This document shows positions 29,733 to 39,125 of a DNA stretch of 64,000 nt, piece after piece. Made by a program: the position numbers and the translations under genes. The stretch's first letter is position 1. Every line of letters starts with the position of its first letter. The notes under the pieces are model-generated. The model had not been told where the DNA came from. It saw only the letters and a program-made list of their open reading frames with translations, and did no database searches. Location of the stretch: positions 37,928 to 101,927 of IMG/VR virus record IMGVR_UViG_3300036790_000386; one strand, given 5' to 3'. The DNA comes from a virus.

Positions 29733-30645
29733 CTTCAGATCTGCCTGGTTGAAAATCAAAGTAATTTAAATGCATTACAAGACAAGAAAGAGCAGCACCA
29801 GACTTACCAAATTCAGAAATATTAAAAACAACAGAATCCATACTATTGTCAGCAGCAAATTTTCCAACAAAATCGACCAAATCACGTTCGACCTTGTATT
29901 TATCATCCGAAATCTTTAACTTTGAAATAGAAGAACCAACAACAACAAGACGCCTAACCCTAAGACAGTTTGTTGCTCCAGCTGCAACCAATTCTGAAGG
30001 AGCAGAAATGACTTCAGTGACTTTTTCAAGCTCTTTAAGTTCTTTTGCATCAATCTCTCCTATGGCTACAACTGTTTTCTCCTTTGTTAAAGGAAACAAA
30101 ACGCAGTCAAGGTGATATGCTTCAGGATTTTTAAGTCTAATTCCTATAATATTCATATTATAAGTTTCTTCAAACCATCTAATAGCAGCTGCATTTGTCC
30201 TCATGCCATAAGACATAGCATAATTATTGCCACCAAGATATTTACAGTCTGCTTCTCCTTCAAAATACTTTGGTGCAAGATCAACTACATCTTTAATTCC
30301 AAGCATTTTTAAGAATTCAAAGCCTGGTCTTGTTTCACCTTGACGCGGCGGTGAACGAAAATTCGCCACCACCACAGTGTACTCTGGCAAATGAGGCAAA
30401 ACCACACCAAGATTGGCCACAAAAGGTTGGTCCTGAAGACCAGCATATGAAGGAAGCAAATAAACAAGAGAAATAGAAGACAAAAAATTATAAAAATCGA
30501 GAAACTGCCGTAAAGCAATTGACTTATCAATCTTTCTCTCAGTTGGAGAAAGCTCTTGCATGAAAACATTATTAGGGCTTCCAGAGTCTAAAAAGAATGG
30601 AGGACTCATTAAGAAGCAAGGATAATTTACTTTATTAAAATCCAT
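29725..30645 (-). CDS. Amidinotransferase/guanidino-group-modifying enzyme (pentein fold)
   Basis: GLQDQPFVAN, RQGE, FEGEAD, YHLDC and SEFGKSGAALSCL (catalytic D/H/C). Confidence 0.85.
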   Translation of the reverse strand: MDFNKVNYPCFLMSPPFFLDSGSPNNVFMQELSPTERKIDKSIALRQFLDFYNFLSSISLVYLLPSYAGLQDQPFVANLGVVLPHLPEYTVVVANFRSPPRQGETRPGFEFLKMLGIKDVVDLAPKYFEGEADCKYLGGNNYAMSYGMRTNAAAIRWFEETYNMNIIGIRLKNPEAYHLDCVLFPLTKEKTVVAIGEIDAKELKELEKVTEVISAPSELVAAGATNCLRVRRLVVVGSSISKLKISDDKYKVERDLVDFVGKFAADNSMDSVVFNISEFGKSGAALSCLVMHLNYFDFQPGRSEDG

Positions 30646-30881
30646 TAGCGTTCCCAGCCCTTATATCTCTCATAAGCATCATACCAATTATTTAAGGCAC
30701 GCTTCCAATTAGAATGTAAAACTCGCAGATTATAGCTTAAATGATCAACTTGCCATCTTAACGCTATTGCCCTTGACCATCCATATTCTTTAACAAGAGC
30801 TTCAGTAAATTCACTGTCTGCTCTTTGAAGTAATACATACGCTTCTGATAATGTTTGCTTTGTTTGGGGCATTCTCATCAA
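30645..30881 (-). CDS. Hypothetical protein
   Basis: Translationally coupled ORF. Confidence 0.5.
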   Translation of the reverse strand: MMRMPQTKQTLSEAYVLLQRADSEFTEALVKEYGWSRAIALRWQVDHLSYNLRVLHSNWKRALNNWYDAYERYKGWER

Positions 30882-31381
30882 CCCATAAAAAAGGGCTTGA
30901 CGTAAAATTTTCCAGGATATGCAAAATTAAATTTACTATCCTCAAACAACTTAACAAATTTTCCTTGCTCTTCTAAAGACAAATGATGAAAGTAAAATTT
31001 AAAAGTATTAAACTGAGAAGCTTTACCAAAGAAAGGACGTTTATAAAAATTATTTATCATTTCTTCATCAGTAATATCTTCAGGAGCATATAACGATTTT
31101 ACCAATTCACCTTTGGCATTCTTTCTAAAGACTGGACCTGAACTAGATCCAATTTCAATAGTTTCACCATATTGTAGATTTGGTAAATTAACATAGGCTT
31201 TATAATTCTTATCTGTTGGAACTATTTTGTGACCAGCTTCAACTGCCCACAAAAATCTACCTGAACTAATTCCACCACAATAAGAACAAATATGTTCAAT
31301 GCTCCATTTATCTTTGTTTATAACACCACTTATAGCATTTTCAATTCTACGAGGGCAGGTAAACATTGAAGTTACTCCCAC
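30878..31381 (-). CDS. Hypothetical protein with Cys motifs
   Basis: CPRR, CSYCG, PTDKNYKAY and KFYF.HLS. Confidence 0.6.
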   Translation of the reverse strand: MGVTSMFTCPRRIENAISGVINKDKWSIEHICSYCGGISSGRFLWAVEAGHKIVPTDKNYKAYVNLPNLQYGETIEIGSSSGPVFRKNAKGELVKSLYAPEDITDEEMINNFYKRPFFGKASQFNTFKFYFHHLSLEEQGKFVKLFEDSKFNFAYPGKFYVKPFFMG

Positions 31382-31398
31382 GAAAAATTAATTTATAA

Positions 31399-31486
31399 TT
31401 TCATGCCGCCTTCGGCGGCCTCGGGCGCTTACGCGCCCTCGCACAAACACAAAAAGAAAAGATAAAATTTTATTACACCAGGCCCC
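31399..31486 (-). repeat. Dispersed double-hairpin element, copy 2
   Basis: Same flanks; hairpins GGGCGC-GTAA-GCGCCC and GCCGCC-GAA-GGCGGC. Confidence 0.85.
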
Positions 31487-31610
31487 AAATTAACCAGTCA
31501 CAACATCAGAGTTAGCCGAGGCTTCTGCCGCTGCAAGGATGTTATTAACAACATTGCCAACGTTAACAACATAGCAAAGAGCAAGAATTAAGAAAATTGA
31601 GCGCATGATT

Positions 31611-31820
31611 TTACTCTGAAATTGTATACAAGCAGTTACCACAAAATCGCTCTTTCATTAGCGGTTTGAAGTTCTTTTTGCATAAGGGACAAATTTTAGA
31701 TTCAATTGTAGGTTTTGCCTTGGAGGCTGCAACTGAAGCTGCATTATATGCTTCAGTTGCTTTAGTTTTAAGATGTTCAATCGTTTTTGGAAACTTTCTA
31801 TTAGACCGCTTTATTGACAT
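31611..31820 (-). CDS. Small zinc-finger protein
   Basis: CPLC...CGNC. Confidence 0.5.
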   Translation of the reverse strand: MSIKRSNRKFPKTIEHLKTKATEAYNAASVAASKAKPTIESKICPLCKKNFKPLMKERFCGNCLYTISE

Positions 31821-33981
31821 TGCCGATCTCCAACCAGCGCTTTAAGCCAGGGATATCAGTCTCACGAATTGAGAGAATGTTGCCGCCACCAGGATATGAA
31901 TTTCTGTACGCTGCAACAGCATCGGCGGAAGATTTAAAGCCAAGCATAATCTTGTGTTCATCAAAACTATTAGCATCGGCCCCAGATGTATTCATCTTGC
32001 CTTGGTTAACAATCCAAGCACGAGTTGAATCCGCATGCGGCCCCACGAAACAGTCCATCCCTTCACCAAATCCTTCGGCGGATCTGGTGTTTCTGATGTA
32101 TCCATAATCAGCTGCCAAAGGAGGAAACCCATCAAATCTAATCTGACCAATAAAGTTTTCTAAAAAGATAGGCAAACCTTGAAAATCAATTAAAGGCATA
32201 TTGTTAATAGCAGTAGCTACGTCATCGATGGCTTCTGTAAGCGAAGAAGTTGAACCGTTATTCATGATTCCTTTAGGGGATTCATATTTTTCATAAGTTG
32301 CATTAATGGTGCCTGGGTTTTCAATAGGAAGACCAGGACCTTCATTTACACCAAACGGACCTGTAGCAATATCATCAGTTGCGTCTGGCTTAACTTCAGG
32401 AGCAGCAGATGGAATTGGTGTTGATTCGCCAGACAACTTATTTAAGTGGCCCGGTTGAACGCCAGGAGCACCTGTTGGAGAACCATTATTAGGCGATTGA
32501 GTGCTATTTGCACCAGGCTCAGTTGGCGCTGTAGCTGCCATTGTTAGACTTGGCGGCATTTTACCTTTAGCCGCAGCAATTTCAGCATCAGTAATATTGG
32601 TCCACAAGCCATTAACAATAGATGCTTGTTTCAGTTCCTTCATGGCTGTAGATGCGTCAACTAGGCCAGCTTCCCAAGCAGAGAGTACGGCAGATGTTGT
32701 CTGAGCAGAAGCTGTTGCACGTTCTGTTTCAGAAAGCTGCCAAAGAGGATTGAAAACAAAATTAAAATCTTCAGGAATTGGAATACCTTCTGATTTTGCC
32801 ATCGCACGGTATGTGCGATCAATCATCGGGCGAAGTTCACGTTCCTGACGCTGGCGGATGCCGTCATAGTAGTTGCGCATGTCAGATTCGCCAGTTGAGT
32901 TTAAGCCGGCGGGAGACTGACCAAAAAGACGAACCAGTGGAATTTGCAGAGCACCCGAAATCTGCTGCCCAAAGTGAATAAGAGCATCAGCAATGCCGGA
33001 GAAAGATGTTCCAGCGCTAACTTGCGCAGCAAAATCATCTTCACTATCGATAAGTGTTATACCTTCAATACCTTGGTAACGGCGCATCATTTCAACGTAC
33101 TGTTGAAGCTGATTTACCTGCATGCCACCAGCAGCTACAATTTCTCTGAGGCGAGCAATCTTGAGCGTACGAATATATGATTTGTAAACAAGCTGTGCTG
33201 CGCCATTAGTTGCGGAGTCAAATGCGATAAGGCGATCGTAGAGTCTTTCCACAACGGAAATGCCCCACATATTCTCCATAACTCGTTGCCAGTAGGGAAG
33301 TCTAACACCTTCGTGACGCAAGACTCTTGAATGGTGGATACGCATACCTTCAAAAGAGACACCCGAACCTGACGCGATAACCCAGTAAGATCTTGGTACA
33401 AGCGAATCGTCCCCAACACCGCGAATCATATGTTGAAGATCTGGTTCGACCATCCAACGATCAAATACCATTAAGCCACGAAAAGAGCCACGACCGATGC
33501 GTTCAATATCAAGAGGATTACGTGGGTCTTGACCATCAATCATAATGGCAGATAAAGCTCCACCATAAAGACGACCCCAACGAATTGTATCGTTAATAGC
33601 GTACCAAATGCCCCACTTAGTAGCAGCCGCTTCAAGTTTTTTAATCGCGCCTGGAGGCATCTCAGAAGTAATAGTGATGCCCATCTTAGTCATATCATCA
33701 GCAATAGCATCAATCGCTACACCAACGATCCATGATCCTCTATGAATCCATTCTAAAAGAGTTCTGTCCCGCGTAACAGGAAGAAATCCATAAGTAGAAT
33801 CTGAAAGTGCGTTATTGGTACCAAGGCCAAGATTTAATGAAAAATTTTGGAAAGTATCACCGACTTTAGCACTAATTAATCCATCGGGATTGACGGTAGT
33901 CCCTTGTGCGCGAGTCTGTTGTTTATCAGACCGCGCTGAAACTCTATAACGAGGCTTTGTTGGTTTCTCTTCTTCAGCCAT
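31801..33981 (-). CDS. Portal protein (DUF1073-like) with C-terminal inorganic pyrophosphatase-like domain
   Basis: WGRLYGG and IPLVRLFGQSPAGLNSTGESDMRNYYD; C-terminal DYGYI..T, MDCFVGP and FDEHKIMLGF. Confidence 0.9.
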   Translation of the reverse strand: MAEEEKPTKPRYRVSARSDKQQTRAQGTTVNPDGLISAKVGDTFQNFSLNLGLGTNNALSDSTYGFLPVTRDRTLLEWIHRGSWIVGVAIDAIADDMTKMGITITSEMPPGAIKKLEAAATKWGIWYAINDTIRWGRLYGGALSAIMIDGQDPRNPLDIERIGRGSFRGLMVFDRWMVEPDLQHMIRGVGDDSLVPRSYWVIASGSGVSFEGMRIHHSRVLRHEGVRLPYWQRVMENMWGISVVERLYDRLIAFDSATNGAAQLVYKSYIRTLKIARLREIVAAGGMQVNQLQQYVEMMRRYQGIEGITLIDSEDDFAAQVSAGTSFSGIADALIHFGQQISGALQIPLVRLFGQSPAGLNSTGESDMRNYYDGIRQRQERELRPMIDRTYRAMAKSEGIPIPEDFNFVFNPLWQLSETERATASAQTTSAVLSAWEAGLVDASTAMKELKQASIVNGLWTNITDAEIAAAKGKMPPSLTMAATAPTEPGANSTQSPNNGSPTGAPGVQPGHLNKLSGESTPIPSAAPEVKPDATDDIATGPFGVNEGPGLPIENPGTINATYEKYESPKGIMNNGSTSSLTEAIDDVATAINNMPLIDFQGLPIFLENFIGQIRFDGFPPLAADYGYIRNTRSAEGFGEGMDCFVGPHADSTRAWIVNQGKMNTSGADANSFDEHKIMLGFKSSADAVAAYRNSYPGGGNILSIRETDIPGLKRWLEIGNVNKAV

Positions 33982-33984
33982 AAT

Positions 33985-34224
33985 TTATTCAGACTTTTCA
34001 ATCTTGTTAAAATCTACGTAGAAGAAATCACCATTTTTAAATTCTTTAAAAACAGTGGAATTGGTCACATACATTTCAATTGCACCAGATGATGTAGCTT
34101 CCATAAAGCGCTGGTCTTCAGGAATCAAAGGATCGTATTGAGGTACGAATTTAAAACTTTTTCTAGCTAAATAACCATGATAATCGGTAGTAGAAATAAG
34201 TTGGAATTTCGCACGAACAGCCAT
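33985..34224 (-). CDS. Conserved small phage protein
   Basis: VRAKF...ED..F..AT.SG.I.M...FYVDF pattern. Confidence 0.6.
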   Translation of the reverse strand: MAVRAKFQLISTTDYHGYLARKSFKFVPQYDPLIPEDQRFMEATSSGAIEMYVTNSTVFKEFKNGDFFYVDFNKIEKSE

Positions 34225-34235
34225 GTTTAGTTTCC

Positions 34236-34493
34236 TTACTTATTACTAGACTCAATAGATCTACCAGATTCGCTTTTGTGTTTGCGCCAGCGTGCTTTGG
34301 CAGCTTTGATAGCAATTTGTTTTCGACGGCCTGGTGCTAGTTTTGAAGCGCGAGCCATGCCACCAAAGTGCCCTAAAGTAGCTGCTGCTTCTCGGGCAGA
34401 AGCTTCAACATCAGTATCAACAACTTTAACTGAAAAAGGAATTTCAGTAAAACTGTTATCACTAAAGTGAATATGGATATGCTTGGTTGCCAT
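34236..34493 (-). CDS. Small basic protein
   Basis: A..LG..GG.ARA.KL...RR..IA.KAA.ARW motif; HIHIH N-terminus. Confidence 0.65.
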   Translation of the reverse strand: MATKHIHIHFSDNSFTEIPFSVKVVDTDVEASAREAAATLGHFGGMARASKLAPGRRKQIAIKAAKARWRKHKSESGRSIESSNK

Positions 34494-34521
34494 AGGATTC
34501 TCTCAGAAAAAGATCCGATAT

Positions 34522-37500
34522 TTAAATGTGTTTGTTTAAGGCTCGCGTACCTTTAGGTACGATCCAAGTTCCTGGCTTTAAGACTCTTTCTTCAAGATCG
34601 CACGGAAAAGTAATTTTTGATGGAGAAGATAAAAATAGAATTTCTTCATCAGCTTTCGGCTGTTCACGTCCACGACGAATTCTAATTTCATTCATGAGAT
34701 GAACTACCTTTGCAACCTCTACTCTTTCTTTCCAACTTTCATATCTTGCAGTTTGTATTGCAAGCTGTTGTTCTTTGTCAATTTTAGCTTTACGTGCAAG
34801 TTTCTGCCATGTGGCCCATGTGCCACGACATGAAGTGACAATAAGACCAGCAACACACCTAGCAAGGTAATCAGATCCAGAGGAAAATACAGAATCGCGA
34901 CCTGCTTTAGTTATTGAACGTTCAAGATCGCCCATTTGATTGAGCATCTTAGCGTTTTCTAAGAGTTCTACTTCACCAGCCGCCAAAATTGGCATGAAAT
35001 CACGATAGATTTCAGGAAGCGTTAAAGAAGTTGGACTATAGATGATACCGTGAACGGAGAAATATTCTTTGGGCCAATTTCCACCAAAGTGATCACCTTC
35101 AATCTTTGCGATGCCATAGCTGCGCATAATAGAGCATATGTCAGCAATAGTTTTTTCAAGACTTTCTTGAATCGAATAATCTTTAACAAAATCTAACATC
35201 GCTACATTATCTTCAGCCATATGTGCGATAGCAAATGCTGGCCTCTCTGACGTTGACCCCGGTACGGCGAAGAAAGCAGAGTAAACTATGTTATTTGAAG
35301 GTGGCAGTTCAAGCCGGCCTTCAACTACGCAACGACCAATAACCCCACGCGAAGCATAAGAGGATTTAGTGAAGCTAGCTTTAATTTCATTCCACTTATA
35401 GCGCGCAAACGCCAAAGAGCAAACACAATCATCGTAAAGACCCTCGGGTGCTGTATATTTGATACCAGCGCGAGTGATTTCATAAGTGAAATCCTGCATT
35501 TCAGATTTAATCGGACCATCAGGAAAATGCACTTCATGAGTCTGAACCGACATCGCCAAACCTTCCATGAGGTTTTGCTTGGATGACGGATTTAAAATAT
35601 AACCTTCAAAGTTTTCGTAACCACCTTCTTGGAGTGACTCTAAAACTGGATCACCTAGCCCTGAACCATCAACAACACAAGGAGTGAGGTCACCAACGAT
35701 TTCTCTAACGAGTTTAACTGACTCTTTCCAAGATTTATTTTTCCAGCGATCAAAGTGGCAAACATAGCCATCTCGATCAAGACCAATGATAACGAACCAA
35801 GTTTTTTTACGAGCTAGATCAACTCCCCAAGCCACAGGAGACTCAGAACTAAGATTAGCAACACAGCGTAAAATATGGTCTTCACCGAATGGATTACCGT
35901 AATCGTCACTCGGCTCTGCAAGATAAAGTTCACGAAATACCGCATCTGGAAGTTGCTCTTTTAGGGATTTAACTTCAGAGTCTGACATAACACCACCTTC
36001 GATGGCGTCAAAAATTGTCAGTTTTGCGTAATGTAAATCGCTATCTTCTTCGTCCATCGTGGACTCAGCAAGACGCGCCATATTATAGAACCAGTTACGC
36101 TTTCCTTTAACGTTACCAATAATGATAGCAGCGCCTTGAGTCGCTGAAAGCGTAGAGCGAACAGCGTGCCAGGATAATTCCTTTACACGCGAAGCTTCAT
36201 CAATAACAGCACCATAAACATCTTCACCGAAAAGAGAATCAGGATTATCACCTGATTTAAACCAAAGAACAGCGCCATTCATTAAAGTTATTGTTTTGCG
36301 TTGTTCGTTAGTCATATAGCTGCCAGGAGTTAAATAGGTCTTCAACCGGCGAAAGGCAATATCAGCTTGATCTGAAATTGGAGCAACCCACCAATAGTTT
36401 CTATTGGTTGGGCCAAGCAAAGCCATTTCGGTAATCCAAACAATGGAACCGACGGTGTTATGTGTTGGTACGAAACCATTTGTAAGATACAGGTGTCTTG
36501 TATCTTCAACTTCAATACATTGCGCCTCCGCAATTCTAGAAAATTCAATTTTATTGAAAAATCTATTTCCAGTCTTCTTCATAGGCTTCATTAATTGAAG
36601 TTTACGAGGAAGCCTAAATGGAATAAGATTAGATGGCAAAATTAAAACTTGACGATAACGACCTCTACCGTGGCGCAATGTTCCAATTGGACTGCAATAT
36701 GACGCAGACTCATCATAAGTCTGTTTAACCATACCTCCTAAAGATTCTACAAGTTCTTTCACATCTTTTGCAAGTTGTTCAGAACTTTGTTCTAAGATTG
36801 GTTGGCCATGTTTATTTACTGATCCATCTGAATCCATAATTCCCTGAAGAATAGAAATTCTAATTTCCGTGGAATTATAAAGATAGGATATCGGAATAAA
36901 TTTCTGGTGAGAATAACAACCCCACAATTTCAGATTTTTTAAATAGCTGGCTATGTGTTGTTTTGCCTCTCTTATTTTAGCGGCAAATTTTCCACATGTA
37001 ATATGATAATCATACTGGTCTACGTGCCGCAAAAAATGGCCAGCAGGTAAGACTTTTTTAATTTCTTCTAAAATTTCAAAATCAGCAGAAGAAACTCTCA
37101 CAACTTCAGTTGTAAAATTGCCATCGCCAATAAGAATCCCTAAAAGATAAGGATCAATATCTATAGATTTAATTTCAAATTCAACTGGAGCACAATCAGG
37201 AACATATTGATACCTGAGCCAGCTACTTTTAAGATCTAAAAGTTCAGAAACTGCCCTAATTCTTGGTTTACCTTGATTATTATGAACTTCCCAAAGATGT
37301 TCTTTGTCGCATTCAACAATAGTTCCATCAACAAAAGTTATAGCATAAATCTCGCGCAAACCTTGCGGATGTATGGCTACAATTTTAGTAGCTTTACCAT
37401 TAGCTCCAAAAACAAAATCACCTACTTTCAGGTCTCCCATAAGTTTGGGACCTGCTGGTGTATAAATTTTTGAATCTAAAGGTTGAGCTTTACCTGCTTT

Positions 37501-37590
37501 TGAAGTTGCTTCAACTAGGGTAAATCGTTTGCCCGAAAATAGAGCGGCCTCTTGTTTCGGATACAACCCTGGTCTTGAATATTCAGGCAC
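34522..37590 (-). CDS. terL: Terminase large subunit with intein
   Basis: Split Walker A (SKAGK|T), WWVAP, Walker B VIDEA, GVDLAR and YDDCV. Confidence 0.92.
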   Translation of the reverse strand: MPEYSRPGLYPKQEAALFSGKRFTLVEATSKAGKAQPLDSKIYTPAGPKLMGDLKVGDFVFGANGKATKIVAIHPQGLREIYAITFVDGTIVECDKEHLWEVHNNQGKPRIRAVSELLDLKSSWLRYQYVPDCAPVEFEIKSIDIDPYLLGILIGDGNFTTEVVRVSSADFEILEEIKKVLPAGHFLRHVDQYDYHITCGKFAAKIREAKQHIASYLKNLKLWGCYSHQKFIPISYLYNSTEIRISILQGIMDSDGSVNKHGQPILEQSSEQLAKDVKELVESLGGMVKQTYDESASYCSPIGTLRHGRGRYRQVLILPSNLIPFRLPRKLQLMKPMKKTGNRFFNKIEFSRIAEAQCIEVEDTRHLYLTNGFVPTHNTVGSIVWITEMALLGPTNRNYWWVAPISDQADIAFRRLKTYLTPGSYMTNEQRKTITLMNGAVLWFKSGDNPDSLFGEDVYGAVIDEASRVKELSWHAVRSTLSATQGAAIIIGNVKGKRNWFYNMARLAESTMDEEDSDLHYAKLTIFDAIEGGVMSDSEVKSLKEQLPDAVFRELYLAEPSDDYGNPFGEDHILRCVANLSSESPVAWGVDLARKKTWFVIIGLDRDGYVCHFDRWKNKSWKESVKLVREIVGDLTPCVVDGSGLGDPVLESLQEGGYENFEGYILNPSSKQNLMEGLAMSVQTHEVHFPDGPIKSEMQDFTYEITRAGIKYTAPEGLYDDCVCSLAFARYKWNEIKASFTKSSYASRGVIGRCVVEGRLELPPSNNIVYSAFFAVPGSTSERPAFAIAHMAEDNVAMLDFVKDYSIQESLEKTIADICSIMRSYGIAKIEGDHFGGNWPKEYFSVHGIIYSPTSLTLPEIYRDFMPILAAGEVELLENAKMLNQMGDLERSITKAGRDSVFSSGSDYLARCVAGLIVTSCRGTWATWQKLARKAKIDKEQQLAIQTARYESWKERVEVAKVVHLMNEIRIRRGREQPKADEEILFLSSPSKITFPCDLEERVLKPGTWIVPKGTRALNKHI
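36457..37488 (-). mobile_element. Class 3 (Ala1, WCT) intein with LAGLIDADG homing endonuclease, 344 aa
   Basis: Starts AQPLDS and ends PTHN before Thr; block B HLW, block F QCIEV; LLGILIGDG and ILQGIMDSDG. Confidence 0.9.
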
Positions 37591-37739
37591 TTAAATCAAC
37601 ATTACATTTGCGCAAGCAAATGAAAAAATGACCAATAAGCGACATAAGCGACAACAATAAAAACAACTACTGCAATCAGAGTTAATTTAAACATATTATA
37701 CTGCTTTCGACTCTTGATGCTGATTCTTAATAAATCAAT

Positions 37740-37777
37740 AAAAAAGCGGAGAACTGCGCACTGGCAATCCTCCGCTA
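37740..37777 (-). terminator. Intrinsic terminator
   Basis: AGCGGAG...CTCCGCT hairpin followed by a T run on the minus strand. Confidence 0.55.
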
Positions 37778-37957
37778 AAGGTCAACAGGGAGAGGAAACT
37801 AACGCACGAACCGCAACAAGAAAACCAACAAGCCGATATGGAAAAGAAGAAGCTTTCGCCTACAGATTTTCCCAATCTACAAATTGAACTTATACCAGAG
37901 TGGGAAAGGTGGCAATAAGATATGAGAGAAATCTTCAAGACAAACACTAAAAGTAGT

Positions 37958-38431
37958 CTAAGCGACATACGATCCTGCCATGAAATTAGCAATTCTTTTC
38001 GCCTGTTCTGGTTCAATTGAATAAGCAATGGTAAGTAATCCTGTATTATGTAAAGTTGCAATTCTTTTTCGGTTAGTTTTTAAAAGCTTAGCTAAACGAA
38101 CCCAAGAGTAAAGATGTTTACCTGATACTGGAGCTACTAAAGCTCGCGCATGAAGTATGCGGCGTACAGTTGGATCAGGCACAAGAAGAACTAAATCTAA
38201 GATATCATCAATGAATTTAATTTCGTGTCCACCTGGTGGATTTGATTTTAAATTTGAACCTGATTGTTCTAAATCTGATGTAGGCCAACAAGCAGTTGGT
38301 ATTGTAGGCCCTGGCTTTGATACCGGCATACAAAGAAGTTTTTCACCAGCCCATCTAAGCCATGTGTCTACTTCGTAGATTTGGACTATTAATTTTTTAT
38401 TTTTTGGTCCATCTGTCGGCTGCGTACCCAT
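37958..38431 (-). CDS. DUF6362-like HTH protein
   Basis: RRILHARAL.....HLYSW.RLAK. Confidence 0.6.
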   Translation of the reverse strand: MGTQPTDGPKNKKLIVQIYEVDTWLRWAGEKLLCMPVSKPGPTIPTACWPTSDLEQSGSNLKSNPPGGHEIKFIDDILDLVLLVPDPTVRRILHARALVAPVSGKHLYSWVRLAKLLKTNRKRIATLHNTGLLTIAYSIEPEQAKRIANFMAGSYVA

Positions 38432-38580
38432 GTTTTTGCTCCAGGGTAAAAATCAACTAACAATCCAAAAGTAGATGATTTAGTTGCATAATAACAAGCG
38501 GAACTTCCATTCAAATATTGAACTAAGATATAATCAGTTCCATTTTTACCATAATATCTTGCGACAATTTTCATTTATAA

Positions 38581-38664
38581 TTTCACGCGCGCGTTGCGCG
38601 CCTCGCCGCCTTCGGCGGCTCGCACAAACACAAAGAAAAAATGGATTAAATTGTAACCAGGCCC
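38581..38664 (-). repeat. Dispersed double-hairpin element, copy 3
   Basis: Core nearly identical to copy 1. Confidence 0.85.
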
Positions 38665-38708
38665 AAACTTTTAATAGATTATGTTGGTGCTGAGGTTAAG
38701 TGTTAGTT

Positions 38709-39125
38709 TCATTTGCAAAAGATAGTCATCTTGTTATTGTTTATGTTGAGGGAAATTTGTTTGATAGCAGATTCGCCGAAAAGTATAAATGGCATATCTG
38801 TATCGGTCATGGTAGCGGTGATATTGTATAAATTGCAGTTGCCTAATTTGAGTTCTTTTACTGTAACAAAGTATTCTGGAATTCGTGCGCCGTCTGCGGT
38901 GGAAGCTGACTGTGAAGAAAGAGCAGGAATGCTGATGTTTAAAGATTTTGCAAGATATAATGGAATATTGAGATAGGAGGCGCCAGAGTCAATTAGAAAA
39001 ACAACAGGTTTGTTGTTGATGGATGCATCAACAAAATAGACGCCTACATCTGGGTCTGGGGGAATGGAAAGTGAGGAACAAGAAGCTAAAGAGAGAAGGA
39101 GAAGAAATGGCTTTAAAATTTTCAT
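38709..39125 (-). CDS. Retropepsin-like aspartyl protease, putative lipoprotein
   Basis: FLIDSGAS, TADG and ILFG motifs; LASC lipobox. Confidence 0.8.
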   Translation of the reverse strand: MKILKPFLLLLSLASCSSLSIPPDPDVGVYFVDASINNKPVVFLIDSGASYLNIPLYLAKSLNISIPALSSQSASTADGARIPEYFVTVKELKLGNCNLYNITATMTDTDMPFILFGESAIKQISLNINNNKMTIFCK

